The position numbers and the translations under genes are program-made. A stretch of DNA of 64,000 nucleotides from Verrucomicrobiia bacterium (GTDB lineage: Bacteria > Verrucomicrobiota > Verrucomicrobiia > Limisphaerales > UBA11358). Location of the stretch: assembly GCA_030038175.1 (NCBI GenBank), contig JASHPN010000162.1, positions 2,111 through 66,110 of the forward strand, read 5' to 3'. Positions 27,417 through 37,700 of the stretch are shown here, piece after piece (position 1 is the first letter of the stretch; the number at the start of each line of letters is the position of its first letter). A model generated the notes under the pieces. The model saw only the letters and a list, made by a program, of their open reading frames with translations. It had not been told where the DNA came from and searched no databases.

Positions 27417-28184
27417 ATGAATAAAGAACGAAAACTGATTATTGCGGGCAACTGGAAGATGAACAAAACCGTTGCCGAAGCGCTGGCGCTGATCAACGAC
27501 CTGAAATTGGAGTTAAAAAAGGTGAAAGAAGTGGACGTGGTGGTTTGTCCGCCATTCACGGCGCTGGAGTCCGTCTCGAAGGCCATTTTGGAGGACAAAA
27601 ACATCCGCCTGGGCGCCCAAAACATGAGCGAAAATAACTTTGGCGCCTTTACCGGCGAGATCTGCGCCGGAATGCTCAAGGAATTTTTTGTTCGTTACAT
27701 CATTTTGGGGCATAGCGAACGGCGGCAATATCAAAAGGAAACCGACGCGCTGATTGCCAAAAAAGCGGCGGCCGCGCACGCGGCGAATTTGAAGCCGATT
27801 GTTTGCGTGGGCGAGACCCTCGCGGAACGCGAAGCGGGCGCCACCGAAAAGGTATTGGAAACGCAGGTCCGCGGCAGTCTGGCCGGCCTGACTCGCGAAC
27901 AGATGATTGAAACCATTATCGCCTACGAGCCGGTGTGGGCGATCGGCACGGGCAAAACGGCCACGACCCAACAGGCCCAGGAAGCGCACGCGTTCATTCG
28001 CAACCTGGTGGGGCGCATTTTTGACGAAGCCACCGCCCGCAAAGTCCGCATTCAATATGGCGGCAGCGTCAAACCGGCCAATGCGCGGGAGCTGATGAGC
28101 CAGCCGGACGTGGACGGAGCGCTGGTGGGGGGCGCCAGCCTGGAAGCGCGAAGTTTTGCTGACATAATCAAAAATTCAATATAA
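27417..28184 (+). CDS. tpiA: Triose-phosphate isomerase
   Basis: IIAGNWKMNKT, ILGHSERR, IAYEPVWAIGTGKTAT, YGGSVKP. Confidence 0.95.
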   Translation: MNKERKLIIAGNWKMNKTVAEALALINDLKLELKKVKEVDVVVCPPFTALESVSKAILEDKNIRLGAQNMSENNFGAFTGEICAGMLKEFFVRYIILGHSERRQYQKETDALIAKKAAAAHAANLKPIVCVGETLAEREAGATEKVLETQVRGSLAGLTREQMIETIIAYEPVWAIGTGKTATTQQAQEAHAFIRNLVGRIFDEATARKVRIQYGGSVKPANARELMSQPDVDGALVGGASLEARSFADIIKNSI

Positions 28185-28196
28185 TATTAATCTGAT

Positions 28197-28631
28197 ATGA
28201 GTTTTTTCGTTGGAATTCTGACATTTTTGCTCGTCGTCAATTGCGGCGTGTTGATTCTGCTCATCCTGGTGCAATTGCCCAAAAAAGACGCAGGCGCGGG
28301 CCTGGCTTTCGGAGGCGGCACCGCTGATGCCTTGTTTGGCGCCGGGTCGGGTAATGCGCTGACCAAGATCACCAAGTGGGCGACCGTCGTGTTTGTGGCG
28401 CTGGCGATTATTCTGGGCGAGCTGGAAATTAAAATTGCCCACGGCAATTCGTCCGAGTTTGGACAGAATGTCGAGCAGCAGCAGCAGCAACTGCAAGCGC
28501 CGACTGTGCAGCCGCCGGCCTCCTCGTCGCAATCGCAATCCGCGGCCCCGGTGGCGCCGTCTTCCACTCCCGCGTTGCCGCTGTTATCCGCGACGAACCA
28601 GCCGGCCCCGGCTAAAACAAGCGGCAAATAA
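28197..28631 (+). CDS. secG: Preprotein translocase subunit SecG with a long Q/P/S/A-rich C-terminal tail
   Basis: ILTFLLVVNCGVLILLILVQLPKKDAGAGLAFGGGTADALFGAGSG...TKWATVVFVALAIILG. Conserved pgk-tpiA-secG order. Confidence 0.85.
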   Translation: MSFFVGILTFLLVVNCGVLILLILVQLPKKDAGAGLAFGGGTADALFGAGSGNALTKITKWATVVFVALAIILGELEIKIAHGNSSEFGQNVEQQQQQLQAPTVQPPASSSQSQSAAPVAPSSTPALPLLSATNQPAPAKTSGK

Positions 28632-28635
28632 TTCG

Positions 28636-30285
28636 ATGGCTCTTTTCGCGATGCGCGCCCCGAAGATGTTTTCGCGGGCGCGTTTTCGCTTTCCGGCCTT
28701 TCTTTTGTTCCCCGCGCTTTGCCTGTTGGCCACGGGCTGTTTCCGGCGCGAACCGGCCGCTGACATTACCATCATCAACTACGCCGAGCCCGATTCATTG
28801 GATCCCGCCGTCATGATGAGCCAGCCGGACATGCGCATTGCGCGCGGGATGTTCGAGGGCCTGGCACGGCTCGATCCCAAAACCAGCCTCGCGATTCCCG
28901 GTTTGGCCCAGAGCTGGGACATTTCCCCGGACGGAAAAACTTACACCTTCCATTTGCGGACAAATCTGGCCTGGTCCACCGGCGAACCGATTACCGCGCA
29001 GGACGTGGTTTATTCGTGGGACCGGGCATTGAACCCGATGACCGCTTCGGACTACGCCAGCTCGCTCTTTTATTTAAAAAACGCCGAGGCGTATAACGCC
29101 GGAACCATCAAGGACCCGTCGCTGGTGGGCATTCACGCGCTGAATCCCCGGACCGTGCGCGTGGATTTGAACGGGCCCACGCCATTTTTTATTGATATCT
29201 GCACTTTTCCGGCGGCCTTTGTCGTGCCGCGATGGACGATTGAAAAATACGGCGATCGCTGGATCATGGCCCGGCCATTGCCGAGCAGCGGACCGTATGA
29301 ACTGGACTTTTGGCGGCTCAGCGACAGGGTCCGCCTGCGGAAGAACCCGCGCTATTGGAACGCGGCGCACACGCAATCGGACGTCATTGATTTCCTGCCG
29401 ATCAGTTCGCCAAACACGGCGTTGAACCTCTATGAAAGCGGCGACGTGGACATCGTGTGGGACAAGGATTCCGTGCCCCATCAATTGCTGGACATTCTGC
29501 TCAAGCGGCCTGACTTTCATTCATTTCATTTTCTGGGCACCTATTTTATCCGCATTAATGTGACGCAAAAACCCTTTAACGATCCGCGCGTGCGGCGCGC
29601 GCTTGCGCTGGCGGTGGACAAGGATCTCATTGTCAAAAAAATCATGCGCGGCGGCGAAGAACCGGCCACGCATTTTGTGCCCGACGGCACCGCGGATTAC
29701 AGCTCGCCGCCCGGTCTTGAGTACAATCCGGCCCTGGCGCGACAACTGCTGGCCCAGGCCGGCTATCCCGGCGGCAAAGGCTTTCCCAGGTTTGAATACG
29801 CCTTCGACGCCTCCAACAGCGGCGCGGCCCAAACTCATGAAAATATTGCCGTGGAACTGCAGCGCATGTGGCACGATAACCTGGGCATTCAAATGGATTT
29901 GCGCGAAGTTGAAACCACGGTCTTTTGGAGGATGCAGTCCCAACTGGAATACCAGGTGGCGCGCGCGAGCTGGGTTGGCGACTACGACGATGCCAACACG
30001 TTTCTGGAAATGTTCACAAGCAACGACGGCAACAACCGCACCGGCTGGAAGAACCCGGCTTACGACGCGCTGATTACGGATGCCAATGAACAACGGGACA
30101 TGAAAGCACGCGAAAAGATTTTTCAGAAAGCTGAGACCCTGCTCGTCAGCAATGACGTTCCCATCATTCCACTCTTTTTCTACGCGGGCGTCATGTACTA
30201 TGACACCAACAAAATCCAGGGCCTTTATCCCAATCTGCTGGACGACCATCCGCTGGAGTACATCAGGAAAGTTAAACAGCCTTAG
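28636..30285 (+). CDS. ABC-transporter substrate-binding lipoprotein, family 5 (Opp/Dpp/Nik-like)
   Basis: Signal/lipobox FLLFPALCLLATGC. TFHLRTNLAWSTGEPITAQDVVYSWDRALNP and FLGTYFIRINV...FNDPRVRRALALAVD. Candidate ATGs at 28636, 28651 and 28666. The track start at 28393 overlaps secG and is rejected. Confidence 0.8.
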   Translation: MALFAMRAPKMFSRARFRFPAFLLFPALCLLATGCFRREPAADITIINYAEPDSLDPAVMMSQPDMRIARGMFEGLARLDPKTSLAIPGLAQSWDISPDGKTYTFHLRTNLAWSTGEPITAQDVVYSWDRALNPMTASDYASSLFYLKNAEAYNAGTIKDPSLVGIHALNPRTVRVDLNGPTPFFIDICTFPAAFVVPRWTIEKYGDRWIMARPLPSSGPYELDFWRLSDRVRLRKNPRYWNAAHTQSDVIDFLPISSPNTALNLYESGDVDIVWDKDSVPHQLLDILLKRPDFHSFHFLGTYFIRINVTQKPFNDPRVRRALALAVDKDLIVKKIMRGGEEPATHFVPDGTADYSSPPGLEYNPALARQLLAQAGYPGGKGFPRFEYAFDASNSGAAQTHENIAVELQRMWHDNLGIQMDLREVETTVFWRMQSQLEYQVARASWVGDYDDANTFLEMFTSNDGNNRTGWKNPAYDALITDANEQRDMKAREKIFQKAETLLVSNDVPIIPLFFYAGVMYYDTNKIQGLYPNLLDDHPLEYIRKVKQP

Positions 30286-31022
30286 CGACTCCACACGCGC
30301 AGTCCAATCAATTGTTCCGTCGCTTTGGCCGCCCAACCCCGGTTCGCCGCCGGGCTGGCCGGGCTGGGATGCAGAATCTGGCCGGTCCGAAGGTTTTTTC
30401 CGGTTTCCTGGACAATCGCCTGGCCCCGTTTTGCGGCAAAATCACCGACGCCGATGAGCCATTCCGGTTCCAGGATTTCCAAAACGCGGCGTAAGTGGGC
30501 ATCGCAGATTTTCAACAACGATTTTTTCTCCGCGGGGCGGAGTTTATCCGGTGTGCGGTTGCAACCGCTATTTTCGCAAAACGCCAGCGGACAATAGTTC
30601 ACGACAAAATGGCCCTCAAAGAATCTCCCGGGCGTGCCGAAGCGTTCTGCAAAAAGCCCCCAAAGCCTCCGTCCGCTGACCTCCGAACGCGGGCAATCGA
30701 ATCCCCGAATAAGCCGTTTGGCGTGTTCCCCGGCCGGCTTCCCAATTTTGGCGCTGATTTTCAGCCAATCCCGGACCGCCGCGATTTCGCCAAAGGGGAT
30801 TCCCGTCTGCGCCATCCCGAAGGGTCCCGGGTTCATGCCCAGGAAAACCACGCGTTTTTTTCCGCCGCCGAATCGTCGCAGATACAATTCATGAGCCGGC
30901 CATGCGTGGTCAAGCGGGTTATAGACATGCGTGACGGGTGGGCGGAACTTCAAAGCATCCACGCAGACGGCCAGATCTCGCGCCGCCGCGATGAGGTCCC
31001 GGCTTGTGGTTGTCCCAGCCAC
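30282..31022 (-). CDS. Uracil-DNA glycosylase, SMUG1-like family
   Basis: VVFLGMNPGPFGMAQTGIPFGE and the C-terminal HPSPASPAANRGW match the SMUG1-type motifs GMNPGP.GM.QTG.PFG and HPSP. Confidence 0.75.
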   Translation of the reverse strand: MAGTTTSRDLIAAARDLAVCVDALKFRPPVTHVYNPLDHAWPAHELYLRRFGGGKKRVVFLGMNPGPFGMAQTGIPFGEIAAVRDWLKISAKIGKPAGEHAKRLIRGFDCPRSEVSGRRLWGLFAERFGTPGRFFEGHFVVNYCPLAFCENSGCNRTPDKLRPAEKKSLLKICDAHLRRVLEILEPEWLIGVGDFAAKRGQAIVQETGKNLRTGQILHPSPASPAANRGWAAKATEQLIGLRVWSR

Positions 31023-31034
31023 GGATTGCGGAAT

Positions 31035-31274
31035 TTAGGCCAGCCGCGAATGCGAACCGTCGCAAAAGGGCTTGTTTTGAGAATGTTTACACCCGCACCA
31101 GGCCACGGTTTTGGCCGCATCAATTTGGGTCCGGAGCGGGGCCAGGCCCGTGCCTTTGTGCGACCCGTCACAGAAAGGCTGTGACTTTGACCGGCCGCAG
31201 GCGCACCACCAATATTCCGCAGGCTCGGCTTTTTGGACAAACGGGAACTTTTGGGCAATAATCGGATCACTCAT
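31035..31274 (-). CDS. CDGSH-type iron-sulfur domain protein (two CDGSH motifs)
   Basis: CACGRSKSQPFCDGSH and CGCKHSQNKPFCDGSH. Confidence 0.85.
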   Translation of the reverse strand: MSDPIIAQKFPFVQKAEPAEYWWCACGRSKSQPFCDGSHKGTGLAPLRTQIDAAKTVAWCGCKHSQNKPFCDGSHSRLA

Positions 31275-31748
31275 GCGCTCTTTCTAACGGCGTTTACCGG
31301 TCGCCGCAACGAAAATTTATCGCGCGGAAACCATTTGGCCTTCCTGGACAACTAAAATCCAGGATGGCCCTAATGGGGGACCGTGGCGCGCCGCGGAATA
31401 GTCCAAATGGGCCATTGTTGGGCCGTAGTAACTGCGCGCCCTTTCTTTGAGGCGTTAACGGGCCGCCCTATTCAAAATTTGACGCGCCTGGGCGCATTGG
31501 CACACAAATGGTTCAACCGCAATCACTTTTGTAATCCATCAAGAGGGAGGGATAAAGAAGTCGCAACGGACAAATGGCGGCGCTGCGTAGAAACCAATCA
31601 CATTTAATCAGAATCAATCAATTTTTCTTTAAAAAAAAGGCTTGACCGAGACCTGGAATTGCGCGAAGCTTGTCAACAGAAATCCAATCCCAAAACAATG
31701 TGAGTTTCGTCGAGACCTGACGATTGCTTCGGCCATAACAATTATCCC

Positions 31749-34700
31749 ATGAAAACAACGCATTCTTCCCACACCGTCTGCCGTGTCTCAGCGGCAGTCG
31801 CATTAACCATTGCTGTGTTTAGCGGCGTTCTCCTGGGCGGCCTTTCCGTCCAGGCGCAGACGACGAACTATTATTGGAATATCACCTCCGCCGGGGAATA
31901 CACCAACGACGCCGATTGGGCAGGGGGGGTGGCGCCAATGGGTTTGGCAAATATTGCGCCATCGGGCTCGACCAATTATACCGCCTGGGTCACCAACAGC
32001 GGCACGATACTTTACGGGGACGGCGGCAATGGATCATCCACCGGATACACATGGACCAATATGCTCGGCGAACTTGAAGTCGGCAGCAATGGCACGGTGA
32101 ACATGAACAGCGGGAGTTTGACGCTGACCAACGAAGCAGGAACGGCATTGAATTTGGGATTTGGAGGCGCGGGCACATTCATCATGAGCGGCGGCTCGCT
32201 GACGGTGGCCAGAAATAACGGCGGCTCTGACTATCAGGATGGATTTCTTTTCGCGACCAGCGCCGCGCCGCTTTCCAGCGGCACCTTTTCTCTCAGCGGC
32301 GGCATCGCCACCGCTCTATGCGGAGTGGAGATTGGCAGCGGGGGGCTTGGCACCCTCGACGTCAGTGGCGGTGTCCTGATAGATAATGGCTGGTTTGGTC
32401 TGGGGCATGGCGGCACGTCCACCAAGCCTTTCACGGGTTCAGGCGCATTTAACCAGTCCGGCGGCACAGTCTATATTTTGAGAAATTCGGGCACCGAAGG
32501 CGCAACCGATGGCATCGAAATGAACCAAAACGGCACCAATGCGGTCCTGAACATCAGCGGTGGCACGCTTTATACCGTGAGAATTGGCCTTGGCCCAAAT
32601 ACCGCCGGTCAAACCAATTGTCCGTCAGCGATCAATATCAGTGGCGGAAACATCTACATCGGCGCCTCGGGAATTGTCAGCAATACCGTTACTACCAATG
32701 ATCCTGAGTCGGCCAACATCTCCGGCGGGACTTTCCACACGGCGGATATGCTGATCATTTCCACCGCCGCAAACGTGGGCAGCACGAATACTGTTTTATC
32801 GGATGGCACGAATTGGACATGGGCGGCCAATCCTTCGGTCAATCTCACCAACAGTTCGCTCCTGGTGAACGGATCCGCCGGGCCGGGCTACGTGACCTTC
32901 GCGCCAGAGGTCGGCCGCACGATCACGTTGAACAATACCTGGTCGGGAGTCGGCGGTTTTCAGGTGAACGGCCTGGGAACAGTCGTCGCGGGCACGGGAC
33001 TGCAAGGCGTTGGCGGCGGCATTACCGTCACGAACGGGACCCTGGTGATGTCGGGAACGATTGCCAACAGCAGCTCAATCGTCGTAGGAACCAATGGGAC
33101 GCTTCAACCCGGTCCCAATACTACTACGGTGGGAGTGCTGACGGCAAACAACGTGACGTTTCAGGGCGCCGGCTCGACGATGAATATGATGATCAATGCC
33201 ACGACCAATTCTGTGCTGAATGCGAACAACCTCACAATTGATCCCAACAATAGTGTTCTGGTAGTCAATCCTTTGGCCATACCGACGGCCGGCACAACTT
33301 ACGTGATTGCCCAGTACGGCACACTGACGGGCACCTTTGCGCTGATCACCAATTCGCTCGATATTTCATTTTCCGTGAGTTACGCCAACAACGAGATTAC
33401 GTTGACGGTTTTGAGCGTAGGCAGCTATTACAACTGGATTGCTCCTTCCCCCGCCGATTGGTCAACGGCCGGCGACTGGGACCTCGGACTGGTTCCCAAC
33501 AGTTTCAATGACGTGGTGCTCTTCACCAACGGGGTTGAATGTGACTACGCGACGCCGGATACGAATTGGGTCGGCCAGATTTCCATTGGGCCATGGGACA
33601 GCAGCAGCGGTTCGTTGGTCATCAATAGCGGCTCGCTTTTGGTCAGTAATCTCTTCAATTTCTATGATGTGACGATTGGTGGCAGGGCCGGCGGCGGGTC
33701 AGGCGGCAATGGTGAAACTCCGTTATCGCCCAACGAGGGCGGAAGCGCCACGGCCAGTCTAACCATGAACGGCGGAACTTTGACGGCGTCGAGATTTGGC
33801 AGCGGCTTTTATCATCAGGACGCCTTCTGGGTGGGATTGGGTTCAAATACCACGGGCACAGTTACCATCAATGGCGGAACGCTCAATACCTTGTGCGGCG
33901 TTGAAATTGGCGGTTATGGGTACGGGATCTTCAACATTAATGGCGGCGCGGTGGTGGACAACGGCTGGTTCGGCGTTGGGCGCGGCAATGGCGTCGCCTC
34001 CGGGACTGGTGCGTTCAATATTACTGCGGGCACTCTTTATCAACTGGAAAATGGCGGCGGCGGCACGGTAGGCGGCAGTGGCGGGATCTGCCTCGATCAA
34101 GGGTGCACCAATTCCATGGTGAACATCAGCGGGGGCTCGGTTTATTCGGGCGATATCGCGTTTTCGGGTTCGAACCTCAACCCAACGCCGGTGGATGCCC
34201 TGAACATTTGCGGCGGCACCATTTATATCGGGTATGCCGGCATTTACAGCAACAGCTCCACGACCGTCTCGAGTTGCAATATTTCAGGGGGAACTTTCCA
34301 CACCGTGGATATGCTGCAAAGCGGTGGCAAGGGCGGAGCCAATGGCGCCATTACCAACATTTTGGCCGATGGAACCAACTGGATCTGGAGTTTTCCGGCA
34401 GTGAACCTCACGAACAGCTCATTTACGGTAAACAGCCAAACCGGACCGGGTAACGTGACGTTCGCTCCCGAAGCCAATCGCACCATCACGTTGAACAATC
34501 CGTTTTTTGGCGTCGGCGGTCTGGTTTTGAATGGTCCAGGCACGGTGGCATTGGGCGCGGTAAATACTTACACCGGCGGCACGACCATCAGCCAGGGTAA
34601 CCTGCAGATCAATGACGGCGGCTCGGTGATTGACCCATCCCTGGCTTTCCCATTGGGCAGCTCACTGATTTTCGATAACAGCGGCGTACTGTCGCTCACC

Positions 34701-37700
34701 AACATTATTACCGGCGCCGGAAATGTGCTGGTGAACGGTTCCGGCACGGTGAATGTGGGCAGCAATCTCCAAAATGCCGGCGCCATCGTCCAAACCAACG
34801 GCACACTGGTGGTCAATGGCACGATTCTAAACGCCAGCGGCATCACCAATAGTGCGCCGGCTTCAGATGCACTGGCTGCGCAAGGAACCATCATTGCCCC
34901 CATCGGGATTGGCCCAACTTCCTCGTTTGAAGCTGGAAATACTGTGTTTCCGGGCACTTTGAATGCCAGCAATGTCACCGTGAACGGCACCTTCATCGCA
35001 AAGATTAACACGGCCACTACCATGGGCGGCGGGATCAACGACCTGCTCATTTGCTCGAACCTGACTCTCGGCACGGGCAGCATATTGTTAATCGCACCGA
35101 TCACACCGCCATCCGTGGGAAGCTATGTGATTGCGGAATACAGCGGGAGCCTCACTGGAACGTTTGGCACGGTTTCCAATGCCACGCGTGACGTCATGAG
35201 TGTCAGCTACAGCGGCGGGCAAATTACCCTCAACGTGACCAGCGTCGGCACGGCAAATCTGAGCTGGGCTGGAAAGATCGGTTCCGCCAATATTAATTGG
35301 GACACCAGCACGACCAACTGGACCAACTCGGCGACGCTGGCCCTGGATAAGTTCCAGCAACAGGATACGGTGACGTTTAATGCCGTGGCTCCCACAACCA
35401 TCACCAATCGTGTGAGCGTGACCGGCCAGGTCATTCCGCAATCCGTGACCATCAGCGGCGGCCTGGGTTATCTTTTGAGCGGCACGGGAAAAATCAGCGG
35501 CAGCACGGGCATTACTTATAATGACACGAATGTCAGCGGCATTTACACCAGCGGCAACAATTTTACCGGCCCGGTTAACATTGAGGCCGGCGTCCTGCAG
35601 TTGGGCAGCGGCGGTTCGAGCTGGCTCGGCACCACCAACGGCCCGACCATCGTCAACGGCGGGACTTTGGATCTCAATGGCCAGTCGGTTGGAGCGGAAC
35701 CGTTGGAAATCCAGGGCGCCGGCAGCACGACCACCGGAACAAATACCGGCGCGATTAACAACTCTTCGAGTACGTCTCCGAGCCTTAGCGGTGGCCCCCT
35801 GAATATCACGCTGGAGGGCAATACGACGCTCAATGCCAACGGCAATCGCTGGGACATTGGCGTTGACTCCCTCGGTGCAGGCGGCGGGTCGTTCACCGGC
35901 AACGGTTTCAATCTGACCAAGATTGGCAATCAGCAAATCTGGATGCATGAAGTGGGGAACATCGGCGTGGGCAATATTGACATCCAACAGGGATTGCTCG
36001 GATTCCAATATACGATTGCGATGGGCGTTGCATCGGACACAGTAACGGTCGAATCCAACGCCACGCTCGGTTTTTATCAGTTGTCGAGCAATTCGATTCT
36101 TAATAAAGAGATGGTCTTGAATGGCAGCGCAACGTTGCAAAGCGGCGGTGGCACGGGTTCCAGCAATAATTTCATCGGCCCCGTTACCCTGAATGGCACC
36201 AACAGCATTCAAACCAGCCTTTATCCGCTGTATTTGGGCGGAACAATCAGCGGAACAGGTGGATTCGTATTGACTGGAACCGGTCCTCTCTATTTAGGCG
36301 GCACCAACACCTACACCGGTTCGACAATTATCGGCGCCAACGCGCATTTAACTTTGGCGACCGGCGGTTCGATCAGCAATACGCCGCTGATCTACCTGAC
36401 GGCGGGTTCAAATACGGTGTTGGACGCCGGGGCGAACAATCTGACGTTAAATAGCGGCCAAACGCTGGAGGGTTCCGGCTCGGTGAATTCGCCCAACTTT
36501 ATCGCGCCTTCAGGCTCGACCCTGTCGCTGGGAACCAATGTCACTTATGGCACGATCCTGTTTAGCAATAACCTGACTCTCAGTGGCGGCACGAATATTC
36601 TCAAGATCTCCGATAACAACAATATCGGCGTTGACAATGACCTGATTGTGGTCAATGGGACACTTGACCTGACCGGAGTGTCAACTCTCAGCCTTATTCC
36701 CTTTGGCGCCCTTAATTCGGCCGGCCCTTATACGCTGATACAGGCTTATGGCGGCGTCAGCGGTTCGGCGGGTAATCTCAGGGTGCTCAGTCCCAATCCG
36801 CGTTTCACGCTCACGCCGGTCATTGGCTCAACATATCTGGGAGGCCAGGCGGTTCAGATTAATGCGGTAGGCAGTCCTGCGAACTTACTCTGGCAGGGAT
36901 TTTTGACCGCCAATTGGGACATTGGAACCAGCAACTGGCTCAATCTCGGCTCGGGCCTGCATGATACTTTCTACGACGGTGATATTCCGATATTTGACGA
37001 CAGCGCGACAGTCAATAACGTAACGGTGACCAATAATGTGATTGCTTCGGGGATATTCATGTCCAATGTGGTCAAAACCTATACGTTTAGCGGCGGCGGC
37101 ACGGTGGCCGGCGCGTTGAATGTGGAAGGCAACGGTTCGGGCACAGGTGGAACGACGATTCTGGGCATGTCGAATGCGCCGGCCTATTCGGCCATAGACA
37201 GCAGTGCCGGCACGTTGATCTTTAATTTGAATGGAATGACCAATTATATAGTGGCAGCAAAGATTACTGATAATCTTGGAGGCGGCCATGGCACGGTCGT
37301 CTTCGGCGGCACCAATACCGCCGTCTTGCAAGGCAACAATGCGAACGTCCCATTTGGCGGCTCGCCCGGCTTTGACGGCACATTGGAGGTGACGAACGGC
37401 ATATTGCAGTACACCAACGTGTTTTGCCTGGGCATTGACTCGTCATCGAGTGGATTCCCGACTTATCCGCCAAGCTATTCTCCGCTGATTATTACGAATA
37501 GCGGCACATTGGACTTCAACGGAGTTGCCGCCGGTCCTTCCGATGGCGCTTCGCCCGGAGGCGAAAAATGGATCCACATTTCCGGAACGGGCTTTAATGG
37601 CCGAGGCGCCTTGATTGACAGCCTGTCTGCCGCTGAGCCAAACGGAGCGTGGACATTATTGTATCTGGATGGCAGTGCCACGATTGGTTCGGTGACCAAC

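Noticed and set aside
35088-36212. 374-aa minus-strand ORF, and several other long ORFs, inside the giant repeat-protein gene.
   Set aside because: The plus-strand frame is open for 7.3 kb with coherent beta-strand repeats. The antisense ORFs are compositional artefacts.
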